Of a DNA stretch of 64,000 nt, positions 27,001-36,000 are shown piece after piece. Origin of the DNA: Phoronis australis (lineage: Eukaryota; Animalia; Phoronida); the NCBI GenBank assembly GCA_002633005.1, contig NMRA01000422.1:248001-312000 (forward strand), written 5' to 3'. The position numbers and the translations under genes are program-made. The notes under the pieces are model-generated. The model saw nothing but the letters and a program-made list of their open reading frames with translations. It had not been told where the DNA came from and ran no database searches. The number at the start of each line of letters is the position of its first letter. Positions within the stretch are counted from its first letter, which is position 1.

Positions 27001-30000
27001 GCACTATTTTTAACTCAACAATGAAACATATGAAGCTCTACCTGCCACGTCGATGTAAACAGCCCAATACCACCCCTGGGTGATTGTTTCGATGCAAATG
27101 TTTGGATGTCTAGTTCTTCCAAGTACTCCGCCAAGTTAATAGAGACCTGAAAACAATGATATATTAGCAAACATAACAGTATGTGATAGCTTCTTTAATC
27201 TTAAGAATCCAGACATAACCCATTTACAGGGAATGTTATCCATGTAAAGATCAGGGGTGGTGGGAAGGGGTCCAGGATTTTGAGTTGGGGGGTTAGGGCA
27301 GAGTAGGGTTTTGGCTATCAGACATTCACCCCCTGCCCCCCAACTGCCAATTGATCTTGTAGCGTTTTAGGGGGCCGGGGCCATGGCCCCTTAGCTGTCC
27401 TTTGAATCCACCATTGAAGATAATGGCATGGTCTTCACGAGAAGTCTTACGTAACCATACAGTAAAAATAAAATTATTATCTCATGTACTACAGTAAACA
27501 TAAAAATACTATATCCTGTACCCCTACCAATCACTTTACTGGCTGACATTTGCAAAGATATTAAATTGAGGTTCCAAGCAAATTTCTAGAGGGAAAAGAA
27601 TATGCCCCTACAGACATGAGGAGATCATTCTAGTCAGTCCATATTCAACTCAACTCAACTCCTAGGTAAAGTTGTACCCAGATTAACTATCACTTTCATC
27701 ATGACACTGAAATATTTGATTTCAATAAAACCAGTCGAACTCGCATTGAATGTGAAAATTTTAAGTCTGAATATGCAAACTTTTGCGACATTCTAGTATT
27801 CCACAACCCGGTAAAAATTCGAAAGCACATACCCAATCCCAAAGTCAAATCACACAGATTTTCATTATTTGCATTGAATTATTTGGTGCAATTAGATAGG
27901 AATTATGCAAGTTTCACTGCGCTTAACAATAGTTAACATGTTGACTGGTGAGAGTTCACTTGGGTACATTGTGACCTATGCCCGGGGGTATTCCAGATAG
28001 GGTACTAGTAGTGGGATCGGGATGTCCTTTCGCATTCAAGAACCTAGATCCTCCGACAAACCTGAGCAATCAGTCAAAATAGGCAATACAATAGTTACAT
28101 TGGTTATTCTAATTTCGAGAGCCAGGCACATGCGCGCACCCAGGGGAGGCTCGAACGAGCACCCCCCACTTGCCGAAGTGGGCATGAAAAGGTCAGCCTC
28201 ATAGAAACAAAAAAAATGAGAAAACGAGACACGAGTCCACTAAAAAACTGTAATTCAGGAATGCACTGTGCACAGCTCTGAACATACCATGTTTTTTTAG
28301 TAAAAGGTCAACATGCCCAAAAATTTGAGCACCCCCCATATTTTAGGATTGGTGCGTAGATGAGGCAAGTGAACCTTGCAAATTATTGACCTGTACTTGT
28401 AGTGATATGAGATTTTAAGATCAGGAGTTTCCAAAAATTACTACGAACATAGACATAAGCACACACAACCAATGCCAATATACCCATCTTGGGAAATGAT
28501 TACACTTTGCCTTGGTAGTTCCCCCCCCCTTGCATTGATCACACTGACACAACCTCAGAAGACAGAAATATAATAGAGTAATAGCCTTATGTGAACGTTA
28601 TGGCTTCCTCTGATGGACCTCCAGAAGTATATTACGCGTTAGAAGTTTAGATAATTCACACACAGAATGAGACTGAGTCCATGTTGGTAAGTGACAGCGT
28701 GACTTGAGTGGCTGACAAACAACTGAACTTATTTAACACGTTCGTTGGAAATCACAGCACCGATTGTGGCCAATCGATTTTAGAATGCTCTCTGGCACTA
28801 ACCTGACTTCCAAAACTTCTGAAATGTCTTCTTGCTGGCTCTGCTCGTAGTAATAATAAACTTCATTGTCGCGGGCTAGCCAACACACGACCTTTCCTTC
28901 GAAGTTGACCGTCGGTTATAAAATTCAAACTGTTGACTTCCGGTGGAAACTGCCTTACGAATACAACTCAACACAAAGGAAACTTGCACAATAACTACGT
29001 TTTTTTTAAGAATTGCATGATTTCCATTGATTACATTGTACTGAGCAGGCCAGTGTCTCAGGGGATTAACATTGGGTGCATTCTTACTGCTGTTGGTCAC
29101 CGGATGTTCGTCTACATTTAAATTCACAAAGACGTGCCGTAATGATTACATAACTGCACTAATTCTGTACTGACCAGGTAAACTTCGTCGTTTTATGGTT
29201 TGTATCTATATAAATGTTAAGTAAACATTCGGGCAACATTTTTTTGAGATGATGGGTTTTGCATAAGCAAACAATAATTTTTTGTTGTAAAATAATGGGA
29301 AAAATTTCGAACCAAAAGTTAAATATCTCACAATATTCAAATTTTAAAAACTTGAAAACGTAAATTTTCATCACATAGAAACCTTAGAGTTTTAATAAAA
29401 TTCAAGTTTTCCACAAATGAAAAAATCTAGTTTTGTGAAAAACTTAAGAAGTCGGGAAATAAATTTTTAAAATTACAAAAACTTAAGTTTTGTGATCAAC
29501 TTAAGTTATCAGAAAAACTTAAGTTTTGTAAGTACAAAAAACTTAAGTTTTCGTGAAAACTTAAGTTATTACTTGAAACTTAAGTTTATTTGTGAAAACT
29601 TAAGTTTTCTGAAAAACTTAACATTGTGCTGAAAAACTTAAGTTTTTGGCGAAAAACTTAAGTTTTAAAAACTTAAGTTTCTTTCAAAAATTTAAGTTTT
29701 GCGGAAGAACTTAAGTTTTTCCTCTAAAACTTAAGTTATTTTCCAAAAACTTAAGTTTTTTCGCCAAAAACTTAAGTTTTCAGCGAAAAACCTAAGTTCA
29801 TTTTTGTAAGGGATTTACAAAGGTTAACAAGTTGTTTATTATAATTTGTTGACGTCAGCTTAAAAACTTCATTTACGGAACTCATGGTGCTTACAGTTAT
29901 ACATGTCAATGGACCTTTCTACAACTGAACAGAAAATGGAATACATCCCCAATAACACCATGGCAGAAAGGCCACGCAGTGTATGCCCGGTCAATATCCA

Positions 30001-33000
30001 AGTGTCTGCCTACTTCAATTAACAGTTAGTGATTTGAACAGCGAAATTGTGTCCCGAACGAATATGAGGAATGGGATCTATTTGTACTGAGATAATTTTC
30101 TAAATTGAATTAAACCTTGAACGATATGGTTCCTCCCCCACGTTATAAAGAACACTACATGTACCTTATTAGTTGTCAAACCAAACTTCGTATAATCCAT
30201 ATTTTGACAACATGAGTCTTACTGAAGAAGCCCAAGTTTGTGAATACCGGCCATTACGAATGAGGAAGCATTTCGAGAAGTTTGAACTAATATTTGATAA
30301 TGATGACGCAGTACTTTGTGAATAACGGTAATCATCCATATTCGCATAGGTTGAGTAGGAATTGGTTACAGTGAGCGGACGTTTGCAAAATTTAAAGTGC
30401 CCTACTTTTTCTTGAAAGCTCTATATTTCAGCTCCGTAGCAAACGTTACATGCGGTTGAAACATCGAAATTTGTTATTTACCCGCCGTACAGGCAACTTT
30501 CGTAGCATGCGATGGCAAGGTCTGAGTAGCCGTGGTCTAAATAATAGTGCATTGGACACAACAGCAGCACTCATGTAAATGGAAAACATTTGGAGTGTTT
30601 CACATCCAGACAAACGAGTATTGCACGAAAATAGCGCTGAATCTTCTCAGTTTAATCGTAGTTCTATATAGAAGCGAAGGACTGGGCGAAAACCTGATGC
30701 AAAGGCGAATTCCGGATATATGCCAACTTTTACACGAATATGACGGTAGAAAATGTCGACCATCACCTAATGTTGGCGTGCCATTTTCTGTTATAGGTGT
30801 AAATCAGGGCTGCGGAGGTGTTCTAACGTCACCCTCCGGCACATTTGGCTTCCCTCCTAGCACAGGTGAAGAATACGGAGCTGGCCTAACCTGCACCTGG
30901 TTTATTTCGTTGCTTGGCCCCGTTGTGCCATTTCTGACGTTCAATTCACTCGACATAGAGTACCACAGCAGATGCATTCATGGCTATGTCCAGGTTTGTT
31001 CTTTATATATTTTATTTCCAAAATCAACTTGCATTTACTGTATATTGCGCTAATCATATTAGGTGCCTTTCAACTGATATTTCAAACCCTATGTATTTTA
31101 AAATTTCAGTACAAATATTTTACCCTCAAGTGGGTGTCGTCTACGGTGTTTTTGTTGTTGGTATAGTCAGCCCATTACGTTTGCCTATGCTGTGCATATA
31201 TGTGACTTGTTTTTTAGGTTCGTAACGGAAATACTAGCACGGCTCCTCTGTTTGATCGCTACTGTGGCACGACAACACCAGCTCCTATCATTGCGTCATC
31301 CAAACTCATTACTGTAACACTCGTTTCAAACGCCATGGTTTCTCGCAACCTTTTCAATATTAGTTACAGATCAGTCGATGGTAAGCATCCGTTTCCTAGT
31401 GTGGTGGCTCCCGGAACCAGTTCACGTCAACTTGTGATATTGTTAAACCCAGTTAGCCTGGGTGCAAAACATAAATAATTAGTTCTGAAAACTACAGTAA
31501 AATAGTGTTCTGTAATAACATGTGGGAATCAATCTTCATAAGGTGTTAGGGGTGTAGTTTAGAGGCTTATGTATAAAAACTGGTTGCGCCAATGCAAGAG
31601 TTCGTTTTGGTGGGTACCAAACACGGAAGATAAACGGTAACAACCTCAGTTATGAATACTTTAAAGGAGCATGCCACCCAAAAAACAACCTAATTTGTAT
31701 CAATTTAGATCGAGTAGTTCTACTCTACAACGACACGTACGGTTGCGTTAACTGACACCTGACGGCAGACGGAGGTGTTGAAATTATCCAATGATGTCAT
31801 CGGTTTCACACGCAGTTTGTTCAGTAGTTCACAACACGGCTTACTGGTGTCAGGTTATCGCTTGAAGTTATCGTTTAACACCAATAAATCATCAAACTTC
31901 GATTTAAAACTCTTTAAAAATACACCGAGTTCTTATAAAAACGGTGTTGTTTTATTTCGCTCTTACGGATTTATTGGTATTTGGACACACCGTAGCCTAC
32001 AAAGTTCGGCAGGCCAATAAGGTCCGTAGTAGGAGTTTGGGGTCTGTTTGGAGATATAATTTCGAAGTATTTTCCGTGAGATACAGACAGGAGAACCTAG
32101 ATCTGTTTTGTGTAGACTTGTGATTTTTTGAGTTCTAAACACAGAACGCTTGTTAGCCGGGCCAATGGCTTGGAGATCGATCAGGCCCGTCGCAGCCGGC
32201 CGGATTGACTCGTTATCCCCGCCAGTGGCTCCGGCAGAAACTGATCAGACATCACGACCATAAACCAGCCAAAGTTCAGTGGAAACTAAACTTTCAGTCA
32301 AGAAAATACTATACTTGTGAGCCAAAGTAATGTGCACCTGTTTATGTTGGTGAATTAGCCACGAAACTGCAAATCTATTTATTCGTCGGGGGCCGCGAAT
32401 TCAGGTTCCGCTTTGGCCACAGCACCGTCAGGGCAGAAGTTGTACATTGACAATAATTATTTGAGTAATGTAAATGTAAATAAAGATTTCCCCAACACTT
32501 GGCCGTGGGATTGAAATCGAGTTGTTTCACAACAGTTTTTGCCAGAAAACATTAAATTAGCATGTGCTCACACGGCCTAGGTGTCCCGTCAATTAGTTTT
32601 ATTGCACCTAAAGTCGACCGGGTAACGCAGTGATTTATTCATTGGTGGCTTCTCAAATCATTTGCACTCACGAACACTCCAAAGGCATTACAAATTGCAT
32701 CTAATGAGACGGACTTTGTTTCAGTTTTATAAAAGTATTGGTTAGGGTGAGAATAATTCATTTTGAAACAGAACGCTCAGTAATAAATGCCAACGATGGC
32801 AACTCGCAATCCCGTCTTAGGACGACCTAGAGCTCATCAGTCCCGACTTCGCAGGTGGATCGTTAAGTTTTACAGGCTATCATTTCAAACAGGAATACAG
32901 TGATGAAGAAATACTAGAGATGCGCCATGAACAAGCACAGACAACGGAGTTATTTGGTAAGCCCGCATTCGCCAGGTACTGTCAACGTCTGCAGGCCACA

Positions 33001-36000
33001 GACACGGAGATGTTTCATTCTTCACTACCATGAGCCACTTCCTAAGCATTTCGGACTCTCGAGGAAGTAAAAAAAACGATATACCTGCTTTCCTTGCAGC
33101 TGCTTATTTCAGACAAGCGGGAACGTTGCACCGCAACATAGCGGCATTCACTGTGCATATGAACCACTGACGTCGCTAGCGTCGTTTCTCACCTTCCTCA
33201 CAGGTTAACGCGACACCTCTTGGCAAGGTAAGGTCGACCGTATGCGAGGCGATGTGGATTTAGTCCGATTAAGACGGCCAAAAATACTAATTAAATCGGG
33301 TGGCATTCTCCTTTAAATCGCCACTGGCGAACTGTACAAGATTTGCAAGTTCGGCGATATGTAATCTTTCGGGCGAAACCATGTGATGAATAATAACCAT
33401 TCACGTTTTGAAAACGATTTCGTTTGAGCGGTGTTGTTACGTTTCGCCGTAACTGGCCGACACAATCAAATTGTGTGATTGACGAGAGTTTTTCTGAGTA
33501 CTGTGTCGTATTTAGAATATTGCAACAACGAGCATTCGACTGAGATGGAGCTCTGACCTCATTCAGCGACAGCATCGTGATGACTCCGTTTCGACTGATA
33601 CGCTGCTGACCAAATATGGCTGTTCTTAAGTTAACCAGTACCCACCGACACGTTTGTGGTCGTCTTGTGACGACAGATAATAGCTCACGAGACAAATTGC
33701 CTGGACATATTAGAAACTTATGTCTTAATTAGAGTTCATTAAACATGATGCATATTCTACAAATAACTGCAACGTTTTGTGACATCAAATTGACGTCCAT
33801 CAGCTCATAATTAGTTGCTTAATATCACGTCAAGTATTTAAAAAAAAACGTCTGTAATGTCAAGTATCTGTACTTTTTCAAGATATTTGGCTCCTGGATT
33901 TCCGATCACCGGACTGAAATTGGTGCGTTGCTACTGATCATTGATTCTTTTCATGAAACTGTGGCGGCACTAAAGTACAGGCGCATTTATTGTTCAATCA
34001 ACATTACCTATGAATCTCAACATTTGCTTACTACACCTAAATACATTTTACGTTACTCTGCAGAATGCAACTGGAGCACGTGGTCGATGTGTTCTAGTTC
34101 GTGCTCACATGGATATCAAAGACAAACCAGAAAATGCGCAGGGCATTCAGTCTCGAGGAGCCGATCTTGTTATGGAAGTACTTGCTGGGATTCGGAACAG
34201 TGGAGCGAATGGGGTGACTGGCGAAACTGTACTCGAAGTTGCAAAGGAGGCGTATCCTCTAGGAGTCGAACTTGTGTAACCCCACGCTACGGTAACCCCC
34301 GATGCGTAGCTGCGTCAATGGAGACCAAATCATGCAATACTCACCCGTGTCCAGTAGACGGAAAATGGTCAACTTGGAACACATGGTCTAAGTGCAGTGT
34401 GTCTTGCGGTACTGGTCAGGCGTTCAGAACGCGAAGTTGCACACCTCCCCAGCACGGAGGCAAGTTGTGCGAAGGTGATGAAAGAAAACACGAACCGTGT
34501 CTGGTCAAGGAGTGTCCAGTGCATGGAAATTGGTCAGAGTGGGCACCATGGTCGTCGTGTAGCAAGACTTGTGATTATGGCCAGATGTCCCGCCTAAGGC
34601 TGTGTTCGCAACCACTACACGGTGGCCTTCCTTGTAAGGGAGACAGCACTGAGTGGAAGAAGTGTCAAATTGTCAGCTGTCAACTCGATGGCATGTGGTC
34701 GGGTTGGGACGAATGGACACTGTGCAACGAAAAGTGCGGTGGTTACAGAACAAGGCAGCGGAAGTGCAACAACCCGTCTCCAGCAAATGACGGAAAGCCG
34801 TGTGATGGTGCTCAACGAGAAAGGGGGGAGTGTCGGAAGTGTGCCGATCCTAATGCTCTAGGGACAGGTAAGTTCATCTTATCACCATTGCCTAATGCAA
34901 ACAAGCACCTGAATGACTAAGCGTCACACGAAAAGGATTAATGAACCGTGATTATTCATCGAATTTGGCCGCCAGTATGTCTAAATGTATGAACGGTTTT
35001 GAATATTTGGTCATATTGTTTGATTATAATGCGATTCGTAAGGAGAGTATTTCATTTTTCGATTTAAGAAACTGTTTTGTTTATAATAAATGGCTAATGC
35101 GAGGCGTTTGTGTTATATTGTTACTAATTTAGGGGAAGCTAACACCGGTGTGGCAACCATAGTTGGAATCACCGTGGGAGGAATCATCGTCATCGTTGTC
35201 ATCGTCGGTGCCGCAATCATTATCTACAAACGAATGTAAGTGTCATTTTTCCTAGGACAAGTCGCACTTCAACCATATAACACCGTGTGCATCTAGTAGA
35301 TCAATCATAGTTAAGTGCATGGTTGCCGCAGTGCTACATAATTCCGATATATCTCTGATATAAATTAGAATTATGTCAATCATAAATAATTATGTCTCAC
35401 CTACATTAATTTTTCTGGCTTAAATTAATTTTTGTCTGATATAATCTTCGAATAATATCGTGCATAATTCATTACTGTCCATCATAATTTTATTTATATC
35501 AGATACAAGTACCATTGAAGAGGCATAGAACGTGAAAGCTTGTTAAAATATCTTTTAAACAATTCCTGGCAAAAGTACCTTCCCGCAACGTCTACAACAT
35601 AGATGTTCACTTTCCCCACTTCCAGAAACAAAAACACAAAATTCACGAATTTTGAAAAACGCATGAAGGAAAAACTCTGTAGTCAAAAAACAGTAATGTT
35701 TCTAATCTCCCTTCCACTTATGATCAATGCGCGCATGCGCTCACAGTCTTACGAGAAACTGCTGACTGACCATGGGCGGCGCAGCACTGAAACAATGGGG
35801 GCTAAAGCCCCCCTAGCCCCCCTGTGGTGCACTGCCTATAGACCATGGGCGGCGAAGTACTGAAAAACGTAGAGGCTATAGCCCCCCAGCCCCCTATGGT
35901 GGGCCGCCAATGCTGATAAGATGGGAATGAAGGACAGATTATCACTGTGTGTTCGAACTCCGAAGTGAAGCAAATATTTTCCAAAAACATTCCAAGTGCA

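Noticed and set aside
27633-27705. C/D-box snoRNA candidate on the - strand (ATGATGA..CTGA, ~70 nt)
   Set aside because: No convincing terminal stem, no rRNA complement I can confirm, and it contains a (CAACT)n microsatellite
29859-30030. Candidate for the missing CUB half exon (LKNFIY..TCQWTFLQL)
   Set aside because: Wrong phase at the only nearby AG; lacks the CG, F.TD and GF motifs
33928-34063. N-terminal part of ORF 33928-34920
   Set aside because: Intronic read-through upstream of the acceptor at 34063
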